DNA from: Thermodesulfobacteriota bacterium
GTDB lineage: Bacteria; Desulfobacterota; Binatia; Bin18
Reading direction: 5' to 3'
DNA length: 64,000 bases
Assembly (NCBI GenBank): GCA_964291405.2
Contig: OZ219926.1
Coordinates: 1,440,001 to 1,504,000 of the forward strand
The notes below the pieces were generated by a model. The model saw only the letters and a program-made list of their open reading frames with translations, was not told the origin of the DNA and did not search any database. Made by a program: the position numbers and the translations under genes. Of this stretch, positions 38,127-47,643 are shown one piece after another (position 1 is the first letter of the stretch; each line of letters starts with the position of its first letter).

Positions 38127-39056
38127 TTAGCCGTGGGCTTTGTTCCAGCCTTCGATAACGGCCGGCATGTCTGGAGGTTGGAAGAATACTTCGGGCTGAC
38201 GTGTTTCGCCCCAGAGCGACCAGGAATCCGCCATTGGCCAATCCTCTCGAATCTGCCACCCCTCGTCGTCAATAATACGATCCATGTCGGCGAAGTATTC
38301 AAAGAAGGTGCCGCTCGGGTCACACATATACCAGAACATATTGCCCCCGATGGGATGCCGTCCGGGACCGGCGATGTGCGCGCCTTCGTGCGCGCGCAGA
38401 TAGAGCGTGGCCGCACGGCACACGGAGTCGATGTCATCGTGTTCGATAGCGTAGTGGTTCAAATACGGCACCGGACCGGGGGCGAGCAATAAATTATGAT
38501 GATCGGGGGAGCACCGCATAAAAAATGCTATCCCGCCAACGATATCGGATACGCGATAGCCTATGCCCTCGGTATAAAACTGCAAACTCGCTGCAATATC
38601 GGGTGACCCAACGACAATATGCCCAAGCCGACGCGGCGGACGCGGTGTTGCTTCGATCAACAAGGAATGCCGAGCATCGAGCCGATTGCGCTCGCCCGGT
38701 CGATTCATGACGCGCTGTGGCTGAGTCGAGATGTCAGCCACTTCTGCCGGCTCGATCACGACATTCCACTTGTTGACCGGATCAGGAACGCGCAGCGTGC
38801 CATTGCTGCGTTGTGAGGCGATGCCCAGCCCCTCAAGGTTCTTGACAATCCCGTCCAGGTCTTCTTCGTTTTCACACCCAACACGCATCTCTCGTAATTG
38901 CCGAAACGGGGCTTCGTTGATTGTGATTTGGCCCGGCTGATCCGCCGGTCCCCAGCTCCGGGAGCCACCAGTAAAACCAATCTCTTGGTAAAACGTATCG
39001 AGCATAGCCGGGTCGGGCACGCCGATTTCCACTCCGAGCAGTCTGTGCAACGCCAT
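38127..39056 (-). CDS. VOC-family extradiol ring-cleavage dioxygenase-like protein
   Basis: RRLGHIVV, FMRCSPDHH, LNHYA, GRHPIGGNMFWY..DPSG..FEY (His/His/Glu triad); GAGGAGG RBS. Confidence 0.85.
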   Translation of the reverse strand: MALHRLLGVEIGVPDPAMLDTFYQEIGFTGGSRSWGPADQPGQITINEAPFRQLREMRVGCENEEDLDGIVKNLEGLGIASQRSNGTLRVPDPVNKWNVVIEPAEVADISTQPQRVMNRPGERNRLDARHSLLIEATPRPPRRLGHIVVGSPDIAASLQFYTEGIGYRVSDIVGGIAFFMRCSPDHHNLLLAPGPVPYLNHYAIEHDDIDSVCRAATLYLRAHEGAHIAGPGRHPIGGNMFWYMCDPSGTFFEYFADMDRIIDDEGWQIREDWPMADSWSLWGETRQPEVFFQPPDMPAVIEGWNKAHG

Positions 39057-39215
39057 AGTCTGTCCCCTCCTCTTTTGGGCATTGGTGTTGGTCTGGCTTG
39101 TCATATGCAAGGCGGGTGTCTACCATTCATTGAGTCACCTGCCTCAACACGAGACTGGGCATATCATGAAAGAGATTTTCATCAAGCGAGACAGAAGCAG
39201 TGCAGGGTTGTTGGC

Positions 39216-40220
39216 ATGGTGACGATGCTCCTTTTGCTGGGCGCGATTCCGTTTGTCTGGTACGTGTGGGAGCGGCGGCAGCGGAAAACGCAACCCATGC
39301 CGGGCGGCATGCACGAACTCATCACCCTTCCCCACGCTGAAGAGTGGGAGCTCTATCACAATGCCTTTTCACTCTGCTCAAAGAAAACTCGGGTGTGTCT
39401 GGCCGAGCTTGGCCTTCCGTATAAAAGCCATCACATCGACCTGATCGAGACCGGCGCCTACGAAAACATTTCACGCCATTTCCTCCAAGTGAACCCTGCT
39501 GCATTGGTTCCCGTCCTCGTCCATAACGGCCACCCGATCTACGAGTCCCACGAGCAGCTCGCCTACGCCGCCCAGCATGCCAGCCAGCCGGCTGCGCTTG
39601 TGCCTGAGAACAAAGAACAGCGCAACGTCATGGAGTATTGGGTTCACAAATCCTCGCTGGTCGGAGACGACCCCCTCGCCAGCATCGATGAAACCGCGGG
39701 GAACGCTGTCCCTGGGCTCACGATTCCCATCTTTGCCGCGATGATCGAGCACGTTCCGGTCTCGCGTATTGTGGAGGGGCTGTTGTTCCATCGCTTGAAA
39801 AAACGAGCTCTGTTCTTCTTGGTGCTGAAATTTCGAGGCGTCCGGCGTCTGTCGCGCTTGAAGCCGATTATGAAGATCCTCCGTAGTAGCCGGGCCGCGA
39901 TGCACACCCACCTGGATGAGTTGGAACACGCCCTCGACCAGAGCGACGGCCCGTGGATTCTTGGCGAGCAGTTCACGCTGGCCGATGTGGGGATGATGGT
40001 TATCCTGGAACGCCTGCGCGAAGTGGACTGGCTCGATGAGTTCCTGGGGGAGCGTAGACCCCACGTCAGTCGCTATTGGGAGGCGCTCCAAGCGCGACCT
40101 AGCTATCAGGCGGGAGTGACTGCATTTGCTCATCCCACCGTGACACAAGGCGCGGAAGAGATTGTCGCGCTCAAACAAACTGACCTCGCCTTTCGCGAGG
40201 CACTCGTCGGAGCACTGTAA
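39216..40220 (+). CDS. glutathione S-transferase with N-terminal membrane anchor
   Basis: Hydrophobic N-terminus; SLCSKKTR, VNPAALVPVLVHNG.PIYES, FTLADV, RPSY. Confidence 0.88.
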   Translation: MVTMLLLLGAIPFVWYVWERRQRKTQPMPGGMHELITLPHAEEWELYHNAFSLCSKKTRVCLAELGLPYKSHHIDLIETGAYENISRHFLQVNPAALVPVLVHNGHPIYESHEQLAYAAQHASQPAALVPENKEQRNVMEYWVHKSSLVGDDPLASIDETAGNAVPGLTIPIFAAMIEHVPVSRIVEGLLFHRLKKRALFFLVLKFRGVRRLSRLKPIMKILRSSRAAMHTHLDELEHALDQSDGPWILGEQFTLADVGMMVILERLREVDWLDEFLGERRPHVSRYWEALQARPSYQAGVTAFAHPTVTQGAEEIVALKQTDLAFREALVGAL

Positions 40221-40310
40221 GCGAACGGCAGAATCGACAACAGCCGACAGGGCAATCGTTTCGGGATCAGTCCTGCCTCTCACCAAGTCCCATACACCCG
40301 CGATGCCTTC

Positions 40311-41162
40311 TCATATCTCGGCCATTACCCCCGCCAGGGTATGACCCCGCAAACGTTGGAAGCTACCGTAGAGGCTCAAGATAAGGCCGGGTAATCCCGG
40401 AGCCGTAATCTCTTGGGCAAAAGACGGCCGCTTGAGGAGGCTTTCGTAGTGCGTCTTGAGTCGCGGGTGACGCTGGATGGGATAGCCGGCACACACCAGC
40501 CGATGGAGAGAGATAAACCAGGCGACCTCAAGCACAGAGATCCGTTGTCCGATCAGCCACGTATTCGCCCGTAACCATTGCTCAAGCGTCTCAAAGGCCG
40601 TAGCAAAGACATGGACCGAGGCCCGGGCCTGGTCCGGTCGCACTCCGTCCTGGGCAAAGGCGCGCCACCAGGCAACTTCTTTGTCTCGCTTGGTGTCCGG
40701 CGCACCGCTTTTTTCATAGGCCTCTAGCACCTTTGGTGGCTTTTTTGCCAGGACGTACGGCACCAAAAATCCCATGGTAATCGTTCGCAGGTCCATATGC
40801 AGCGAGTCTTCAAGCGCCAGGGATTCCCGAACTCTTGCGCGCTCAAGCGTATTCTGGGGGAAGAGCGATGGCGTCGGCGAGGGCAGCTCATCAAGGTATT
40901 CCATGATGTCATTGCTCTCGACATGGACAACACCATCATGGACCAGCACCGGGACAACGCCTCTGGGATTGATGCCGAGAAACCATGGCCTGGTATGCTC
41001 CTGACGGAGAAGATCGACCGGATGGGATTTCCACGCAACCCCCTTTTCCGCCAAGAAGATCCGGACTTTCTGTGAACACGAGGAGCCATGAAAGTGTAAG
41101 AGATGAATGCCCTGCCAACTCTTGACCTCTTGCGTGGTGATGGCTTCGTCAGAAAGCTGCAT
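40311..41162 (-). CDS. glutathione S-transferase
   Basis: SSCSQKVR, INPRGVVPVLVHDG..HVESND, RPSF. Confidence 0.88.
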   Translation of the reverse strand: MQLSDEAITTQEVKSWQGIHLLHFHGSSCSQKVRIFLAEKGVAWKSHPVDLLRQEHTRPWFLGINPRGVVPVLVHDGVVHVESNDIMEYLDELPSPTPSLFPQNTLERARVRESLALEDSLHMDLRTITMGFLVPYVLAKKPPKVLEAYEKSGAPDTKRDKEVAWWRAFAQDGVRPDQARASVHVFATAFETLEQWLRANTWLIGQRISVLEVAWFISLHRLVCAGYPIQRHPRLKTHYESLLKRPSFAQEITAPGLPGLILSLYGSFQRLRGHTLAGVMAEI

Positions 41163-41286
41163 CAGACCGCTCCTCGTTTATGATATGCGGGGAAAGATAG
41201 CGGCAGGGGGAACGCTAGTCTATACGGGCGGTGTGACCCCGCGTTGATACACTGGTAGACAGTAGCCCGGCCTCTCACCCATTGCC

Positions 41287-42759
41287 CTACGTCAACGTAC
41301 CCCCTCCTGCAGGCTGTATGCGCTCTCCCGCAGCCACAATGCCCCTGAGCATACCGGAAAAGACCAGTTGGTGAAGCGGGTAAACGCCATACCAGTAGAC
41401 AAGACCCAAGAGGCCGCGCGGGTCGAAGCTGGCGGTTTGGCGAATGGTGGCCTGATGCTCATCGCCTTCAACAACAAATTCCAACCAGGCCCGACCGGGA
41501 AGCTTCATCTCGGCCTGCAAGCGTAAAAGGCGGTCGGGCTCAATGGCCTCGACCCGCCAGCAGTCCAGCGTGTCGCCGACCTTGAGTTGGTCGGGATGAG
41601 GCCGACCGCGGCGCATGCCGACTCCACCGAGCAGCAGGTCGAGAAAGCCACGCAGTTGCCACAGCCAGTTACCATAATACCAACCAACCTCCCCACCAAT
41701 ACGGCGAATCGGGCGAAAAGCCACTGCCGGTGAGACGGGAACGCGGGTAGTCCGAGAGTCAATCAGGCGGTGACCAAACCGAACACCGCCCCACGTCCGT
41801 AGCGGACCGGCCATGGAGAGGGCGTCAGACCAGCGGGACTCGGCAAGCTCCCGGTCCTCGTTCCGGAGGGCCTGGGCAATGGCCTTATGCACCCCGACGG
41901 GACGAATGGCAAAATGCTGCAAGGCTGAGTCGTCCTGCACGATGGTTGGATGCCGCAAACTCTCGACCAGTTTGCGACCAACGCGGGCATAGAGCGGCGT
42001 GACCAAACCTAGCCATAAACTCGACAGACGTGGCGTCAGAACCGGAACGGAGAGCATCCAGCGCCGGACCCCCCGCTGCCGGGCATACTCCTGCATCAAT
42101 TCCCGATACGAGACCCGGTCGGCTCCTCCAATTTCAAAGATTTGGTTTCCCGCACAGCGCAACTCGAGCGCGTCTGTCAGATAGGCCAGTAAATCCGTAA
42201 TGGCAATCGGTTGGGCTTGAACAGATACCCAGCGCGGCGTGAGCATGACGGGTAAGCGTTCGATCAAGGCCCGGATCATTTCAAAAGACAGACTGCCAGA
42301 GCCGATGACAATAGAAGCGCGCAGTTCAATGGTCTGGACGCCTGAGGCGCGCAGGATGTGGCCGACTTCCTGTCTGCTCCGCAGGTGAGACGAGAGCGGG
42401 CCGGTGCTGTCGCCCAGACCGCCGAGGTAGATCAAGCGCCGGACTCCAGCTTGGCGCGCGGCCCGTCCGAAATTGTGGGCCGCCCGACGGTCCTGCGCCT
42501 CGAATGCTCCGGCCGATCCCATGGAGTGGACGAGGTAGTAGGCCGTATGCACGTTCTGGAGCGCAGCATCCAGAGAGGCCGGATTCAGGACATCGCCGGC
42601 GACCACTTCAGTATGCGGCCCAACCCGTGACCGTAGAAATGCGGGCTGACGCGCGAGACAGCGGACGATATAGCCCGTCCGTTCCAGGGCTTTGAGCAAA
42701 CGCCCACCAACATAGCCCGTCGCGCCGGTGAGCAAGATGCGTTGAGGAGACTCGCCCAC
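41287..42759 (-). CDS. atypical SDR/NAD(P)-binding protein with C-terminal DUF2867 (YbjT-like)
   Basis: TGATGYVGGRL, YLVHSM, HLRSR, GSGSLSFEM, RIGG..GWY, AEMKLPGRAWLEF. Confidence 0.9.
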   Translation of the reverse strand: MGESPQRILLTGATGYVGGRLLKALERTGYIVRCLARQPAFLRSRVGPHTEVVAGDVLNPASLDAALQNVHTAYYLVHSMGSAGAFEAQDRRAAHNFGRAARQAGVRRLIYLGGLGDSTGPLSSHLRSRQEVGHILRASGVQTIELRASIVIGSGSLSFEMIRALIERLPVMLTPRWVSVQAQPIAITDLLAYLTDALELRCAGNQIFEIGGADRVSYRELMQEYARQRGVRRWMLSVPVLTPRLSSLWLGLVTPLYARVGRKLVESLRHPTIVQDDSALQHFAIRPVGVHKAIAQALRNEDRELAESRWSDALSMAGPLRTWGGVRFGHRLIDSRTTRVPVSPAVAFRPIRRIGGEVGWYYGNWLWQLRGFLDLLLGGVGMRRGRPHPDQLKVGDTLDCWRVEAIEPDRLLRLQAEMKLPGRAWLEFVVEGDEHQATIRQTASFDPRGLLGLVYWYGVYPLHQLVFSGMLRGIVAAGERIQPAGGGTLT

Positions 42760-44136
42760 TTACCGCTGCGATTCAAAAAGATACACCCGCCCGACGTTGA
42801 CCTCACCCATGATGTGCTGGCCAGGGGTACTCATGGCGAACTCCGGAATGCCGTCCTGATTCAGATCGCCCGGCGAGAGTACGGTGTAACCGAATTTTGA
42901 CCCCTGGTGGCCCCACGGGTTATCGAGCGTCATGAGGTGCCGCCCGTCACGCCCATTATAGACAAACACCTCGCCTTGGATGTCGAACGCATCCACAGCC
43001 TGAAATGGAGCCCCAACTAAAATCTCAGGTATCTCGTCCGCGTTCACGTCCATGCTGGTGGCCAGCGCCCAGCCAAAGCCAGCATGCTTGCGCGGAAACG
43101 GATCTTTGAGGGCATAGATCACGGAGCCGTCTGTCCCGCTGATGGCGTAGGCAGCGCCCTGGCCCTGATAGGCACCCACGTCATGGTAGGGCGCGCCGAC
43201 CAGCAGATCGGGTGTCCCATCTTTATTCAGATCCCCGGCACTGACCACACGCCAGCCAAAGGTTGAGCCTTCTTTGGGCTCCGGGTTTTCGACCGTGAGC
43301 AATAGCTGGCCGTCTGCGCCGTTATAAATATACGCTCGCCCTTGGACACTCAGATTGCCGACCGTGGTGTAGGGCGCACCCACCGCGATCTCCTGGACGC
43401 CATCCTGATTGAGATCTCCGGCGGAGTTCACAAACCATCCAAACGCAGAGCCCCCCCGGTCGGTGGGCGGTCGAAGTGTATAGACGAGCGATCCATCCTG
43501 GCCGCTGTAGACAAACGCCCTGCCCTCTCCGTCCTGGTTATAGGCACCCACAACCAACTCGGGGATAGTATCACCAGTGACATCACCAATGCCGGTGACC
43601 GACCAGCCAAAGCCCGCGCCAGGCTGCGATTGCGGCGGTTTGAGCGTGAGCAAATACGCCCCGTCCGCGCCGCTGAAGACGTAGGCTTGGCCGCCTTTAT
43701 TCTGGCCAAAGGCACCGATCAATAAATCTGGTAGCCCGTCCCGGTCCACATCGCCAGCCGAGGCCACCGAGCAGGCAAACGCCGCGGCCTTTTGCGGAAA
43801 CGGATGATCGAGCGTATAGAGCAGTTTGGCCGTCTGCCCGTCGAAAACAAAGGCCCGGCCCTGGTGGTCCACGTTTTTCCCGGACTTTTCAGCACCGCCG
43901 AAGCCGACTTCCTTGCCGGTCATACCCTTCCTGGCATAGGGCTGGTCATACGCCCCAACCAGGTAATCCGGGATGCCATCGCCCGTTATATCGTCCAGCA
44001 TGGCCAGCGAGGTAGAAAAACTGGAAAAACGCATACGAATAGGATTATCCAGGATTTTTATATTCGGGCCGGCCCACGCAGAGGAACTCACCAGCAGAAG
44101 GACGGCGAGAGAGAGGCTCACCAGCGGAAACATCAC
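42760..44136 (-). CDS. secreted FG-GAP (integrin-alpha-like) repeat beta-propeller protein
   Basis: Signal peptide; about 7 repeats of FG....GD.N.DG.P....GAP. Confidence 0.9.
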   Translation of the reverse strand: MMFPLVSLSLAVLLLVSSSAWAGPNIKILDNPIRMRFSSFSTSLAMLDDITGDGIPDYLVGAYDQPYARKGMTGKEVGFGGAEKSGKNVDHQGRAFVFDGQTAKLLYTLDHPFPQKAAAFACSVASAGDVDRDGLPDLLIGAFGQNKGGQAYVFSGADGAYLLTLKPPQSQPGAGFGWSVTGIGDVTGDTIPELVVGAYNQDGEGRAFVYSGQDGSLVYTLRPPTDRGGSAFGWFVNSAGDLNQDGVQEIAVGAPYTTVGNLSVQGRAYIYNGADGQLLLTVENPEPKEGSTFGWRVVSAGDLNKDGTPDLLVGAPYHDVGAYQGQGAAYAISGTDGSVIYALKDPFPRKHAGFGWALATSMDVNADEIPEILVGAPFQAVDAFDIQGEVFVYNGRDGRHLMTLDNPWGHQGSKFGYTVLSPGDLNQDGIPEFAMSTPGQHIMGEVNVGRVYLFESQR

Positions 44137-44178
44137 AAAACTCCTTACTACAGTATGATAGCGGGGGCTCCGCCCTCA

Positions 44179-44204
44179 CTCCTCTCCCACTGGCGGGAGA
44201 GGAG
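44179..44204. repeat. REP-like or terminator hairpin
   Basis: CTCCTCTCCC-ACTGGC-GGGAGAGGAG preceded by CCCTCAC. Confidence 0.55.
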
Positions 44205-44211
44205 GCCAGAC

Positions 44212-45087
44212 TTATACTCCTTGAGCCGCTTCCACAATGGGCGCGACGGTGTCTAGGCAGGCCATGGCTTGGCCGGTCGCAATCGCTTTGGCAAAGGGCT
44301 GGGAGAAGAGCACGATCCGGCTTGCGCCAGCGTCACGATAGGCTTTCATCTCATCGGCTGAGAGGGCCCCGTCTTTGGGATCAATAAAAGCCGACATCTG
44401 CAAGGCGTCCGGGTCACGGCCAAACTCTCTGGCCATGGTACGAATCGATTCGACCTTGGTTTTATAGTCCTCAGGGTCAAACGCGAGCGGACACCAGCCA
44501 TCGTAGCTCCGGGCGACGCGCTCCAGCGCCTTTGGCACGTGGCCGCCCAAAAAGATAGGTGGACCGGCCTTTTGGACGGGCTTGGGATCGCAGAACACAG
44601 GCGGGAACTGGACCATTTCGCCTTGATAGCTGGGCTGTTCCTCGGTCCAGCAGAGGCGTAGCGCTTCGGTTGTTTCGCGCAGGCGTCGCCAGCGTAGTCG
44701 GAAGTTGGTGCCCATGACCTCGGTTTCTTCGCGCAGCCAGCCGGCACCGACGCCAATAATAGTCCGACCACCGGAATAGAGATCGAGGGTGGCAATCACT
44801 TTTGCGGTGATGAGCGGCTCGCGCTCCGGGAATAAACAAATACCGGTGGCCAGCTTGAGCGTGGTGGTGGCGGCCGCGGCCATAGTCAGCGCAATAAACG
44901 GGTCGGCCCAACGGTTGTAGTGCTCAGGCAGGGTCCCTCCCCCAGGCACCTCGGTTTTGAAGCCCACGGGAATCACCGGATGCTCGGGTATCCAGAGGGA
45001 CTCAAAGCCCAAGCCTTCGACCCGTTGCGCGATTCCAGTGATATTCTGCGTCTCTACTGTTGCCGGCACAAGGATACCAATATCCAT
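44212..45087 (-). CDS. LLM-class, probably F420-dependent oxidoreductase (Rv2161c-like)
   Basis: GFESLWIPEHPVIP, DPFIALTMAAAAT..LATG, GVGAGWLREE, PKPVQ. Confidence 0.88.
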   Translation of the reverse strand: MDIGILVPATVETQNITGIAQRVEGLGFESLWIPEHPVIPVGFKTEVPGGGTLPEHYNRWADPFIALTMAAAATTTLKLATGICLFPEREPLITAKVIATLDLYSGGRTIIGVGAGWLREETEVMGTNFRLRWRRLRETTEALRLCWTEEQPSYQGEMVQFPPVFCDPKPVQKAGPPIFLGGHVPKALERVARSYDGWCPLAFDPEDYKTKVESIRTMAREFGRDPDALQMSAFIDPKDGALSADEMKAYRDAGASRIVLFSQPFAKAIATGQAMACLDTVAPIVEAAQGV

Positions 45088-45196
45088 ACGTTGCCCTCCT
45101 TCTGATGCGTACGATTACAATGGGAATTATCGACTCTTAGGAAGGGAAGCGGGAGCAGGCAGCCTGCCCACTCCCATTATCTGAAAACAAGGCGTT

Positions 45197-46921
45197 TTAC
45201 GCACTGCGGACAACACGCCCCGGCCGGGCGCCCGTGTCTTTTCCGTTTTCCTGAACGACTTCACCGCTCACATAGGTTTTCTCATAGCCTTGAGCGGTCT
45301 GCATCAGACGCGGCATACCGGCCGGCAGATCGTAGACCATCTCGGGATGGCTGACGCTCAGATTGTCATAATCAATCAGGTTCACGTCCGCCTTGGCCCC
45401 TGGCTCAAGCGTACCGCGGTCCTGCATGCCAAAGAGACGCGCGCCGTCGTGGGTGAGTTTCTTGACCACAAACTCCAGCGGCAAGCGCTTGGGATCGTCC
45501 TCGGCTTTGTCCCGCGCCCAGTGGGTCAGGGCATAGGTGGGGACACTTGCGTCAATAATCTGACGCACGTGGGCGCCCGCGTCGCTGCCACCCATCACCG
45601 TAATGGGATCACAGATCAGCTGGTGGAGCGAGTCGGCGTTGCCATCCGCGTAGCCGGCGGCGGCATACATCAGAAAAGCCCGACCGTTTTGTTCGAGCAT
45701 CAGATCATAGATCACCTCGCGTGGACTGCGGCCTTCACGCTGGGCAAGCGTCGCAATGCTCCGGTCAGCGCTCGGCTCGTAGCTCAGCTCCTCACCCATG
45801 GGATAGGTGCGCTCCCAGACCCGCGCATTCTGATACAGCAGGGACATCCCGGTGGTGTGGGGGTCCTGTTCCGTGAGCAGCTTCTGGCGTAGCTCAGGTT
45901 TCCGCAGCTCGGCCATCTTTTCGTCGTGAGACAGTTTTTTCAGCGGTTGAAAACTCGGCAGATATTCAAACGGATTCTCCCCCTGGAAGCTGAACAGAAC
46001 ACAAACCGGGCGCACAAACACCATCGGCGTGATCGGCACGCCCCCTTCCACCGCGGCGGTACATTTCGCCATGACCTCGAGCCATTGGGTTGGATAGCTA
46101 TTGTTCTGAGGCAGGAGGAAGGTCAAGGGGCAGCCCGTCGCCCGGGAGACTCGGATCATCATATCCACTTCTTGCAGCAGGTCCGGGTCTTCGCCGGCAA
46201 TACCGCGCGGCACCATCTCCAGAATACCGCGTCCGGTTGAGCGCACGGCCCGGGCAATCCCGATCAACTCATCTTCATGGGCAAATGTGCCGGGGACCGG
46301 TTCGCCGTCATTGGCCGTATGCACCAGCGTCCGTGAACTCGAAAAGCCGAGTGCACCGGCGAGGACGGCGTCTTTGACAATAGCGGCCATCTTGGCGATG
46401 TCTTCTTCAGTCGCGGGTTCGTTCTTTGCTCCGCGCTCACCCATGACAAAGGCCCGCACCGCGCCGTGCGTAATCATACCACCCGCGTCCAGGGTGCGGG
46501 GCATACCATCCAGCACATCGAGATATTCGGCAAAACTTTGCCAGCCCCACGGCAGCCCGGCCGATAATGACGGAGCGGGAATGTCTTCAACACCTTCCAT
46601 GAGGCCGATCAGCCACTCGTGGCGATCTGGCGTGGCCGGCGCAAAGCCCACACCGCAGTTCCCCATGACCACGGTCGAGACACCGTGCCAGAGCGACGGC
46701 GTCATTTGTTCGTCCCAGGCCACCTGGCCGTCATAGTGGGTATGCGCATCGACCCAGGCCGGTGTGACCAACAGCCCGTCGGCATTCACCGTCTGCTTTG
46801 CGCTTCCCAGGTCTTTGCCGACAGCGACAACGCGCCCCTCGGCAATGGCCACGTCGCCAGTGAAAGCCGGCTTCCCCGTTCCGTCAACAATTTTTCCACC
46901 GCGAATAACTATCTCGTGCAT
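45197..46921 (-). CDS. N-acyl-D-amino-acid deacylase-like amidohydrolase
   Basis: WVDAHTHYDGQ, MGNCGVGFAP, SDAGAH; close paralog of 10583-12328. Confidence 0.9.
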   Translation of the reverse strand: MHEIVIRGGKIVDGTGKPAFTGDVAIAEGRVVAVGKDLGSAKQTVNADGLLVTPAWVDAHTHYDGQVAWDEQMTPSLWHGVSTVVMGNCGVGFAPATPDRHEWLIGLMEGVEDIPAPSLSAGLPWGWQSFAEYLDVLDGMPRTLDAGGMITHGAVRAFVMGERGAKNEPATEEDIAKMAAIVKDAVLAGALGFSSSRTLVHTANDGEPVPGTFAHEDELIGIARAVRSTGRGILEMVPRGIAGEDPDLLQEVDMMIRVSRATGCPLTFLLPQNNSYPTQWLEVMAKCTAAVEGGVPITPMVFVRPVCVLFSFQGENPFEYLPSFQPLKKLSHDEKMAELRKPELRQKLLTEQDPHTTGMSLLYQNARVWERTYPMGEELSYEPSADRSIATLAQREGRSPREVIYDLMLEQNGRAFLMYAAAGYADGNADSLHQLICDPITVMGGSDAGAHVRQIIDASVPTYALTHWARDKAEDDPKRLPLEFVVKKLTHDGARLFGMQDRGTLEPGAKADVNLIDYDNLSVSHPEMVYDLPAGMPRLMQTAQGYEKTYVSGEVVQENGKDTGARPGRVVRSA

Positions 46922-47123
46922 GCACAGACCTCCTTTGATGCGCTTCGTCTGATCGTTGGTATTGGCCTAGAACACCATATACCTATCTGGCAACCAGCCT
47001 GAGAGCAATATCAGGTAATCGTCGTCCTATACGGAGTACGCCGCGGGGTTGCGAGGTCAGCCCCTCGCGGCTAGGTAACAAGGAGGCAAGGGATTGGAGA
47101 AACCACAAACTAACAGGAGGAGA

Positions 47124-47558
47124 ATGATGAGTGAGAACACCTATAACGGGAGTTGTTTTTGTGGAGCCGTGCAGTTGACCGTCACCGGTCCCCCCGCGGC
47201 TATGGGCTACTGCCACTGTGAGTCATGCCGCCACTGGTCGGCGGGACCGGTCAACGCCTTTACCTTGTGGCCGCCCGATGCCGTGCAAGTCACCCAGGGG
47301 GCGGACAATATTGGGACTTATGCCAAGACCGATAATAGTCATCGCAAGTGGTGTAAGGCCTGCGGCGGTCATCTATTCACCGAGCATCCCGGCATGGGCC
47401 TGACCGATGTGTATGCGGCCGTGATCCCGGACCTTCCTTTTCAGCCTGGCGTGCACGTCTTTTACGAAGAAACCGTGCTGCGTATCCACGACGGCATTGT
47501 CAAACAGAAAGATGTGCCGGCCGAGATGGGCGGCTCCGGCGAAGTACTGCCGGAATAA
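47124..47558 (+). CDS. GFA (glutathione-dependent formaldehyde-activating)/CENP-V family Zn protein
   Basis: GSCFCGAV, CHCESCR, WCKACG; AGGAGG RBS. Confidence 0.92.
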   Translation: MMSENTYNGSCFCGAVQLTVTGPPAAMGYCHCESCRHWSAGPVNAFTLWPPDAVQVTQGADNIGTYAKTDNSHRKWCKACGGHLFTEHPGMGLTDVYAAVIPDLPFQPGVHVFYEETVLRIHDGIVKQKDVPAEMGGSGEVLPE

Positions 47559-47569
47559 TCTCCTCTCAG

Positions 47570-47593
47570 CAGCCCCACCTGAGGGTGGGGCTG
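47570..47593. terminator. hairpin between convergent genes
   Basis: CAGCCCCACC-TGAG-GGTGGGGCTG perfect 10-bp stem. Confidence 0.7.
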
Positions 47594-47643
47594 ACAATCG
47601 GGCCGGGGCAAAGAACCGCGGCCATCGATGTGGCGCGAGGGGT

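Noticed and set aside
38898-39215. Long N-terminal extensions in the ORF track (also 23438-23710, 12298-12387, 60145-60261)
   Set aside because: They overlap neighbouring genes or regulatory DNA; RBS position or paralog alignment points to later starts.
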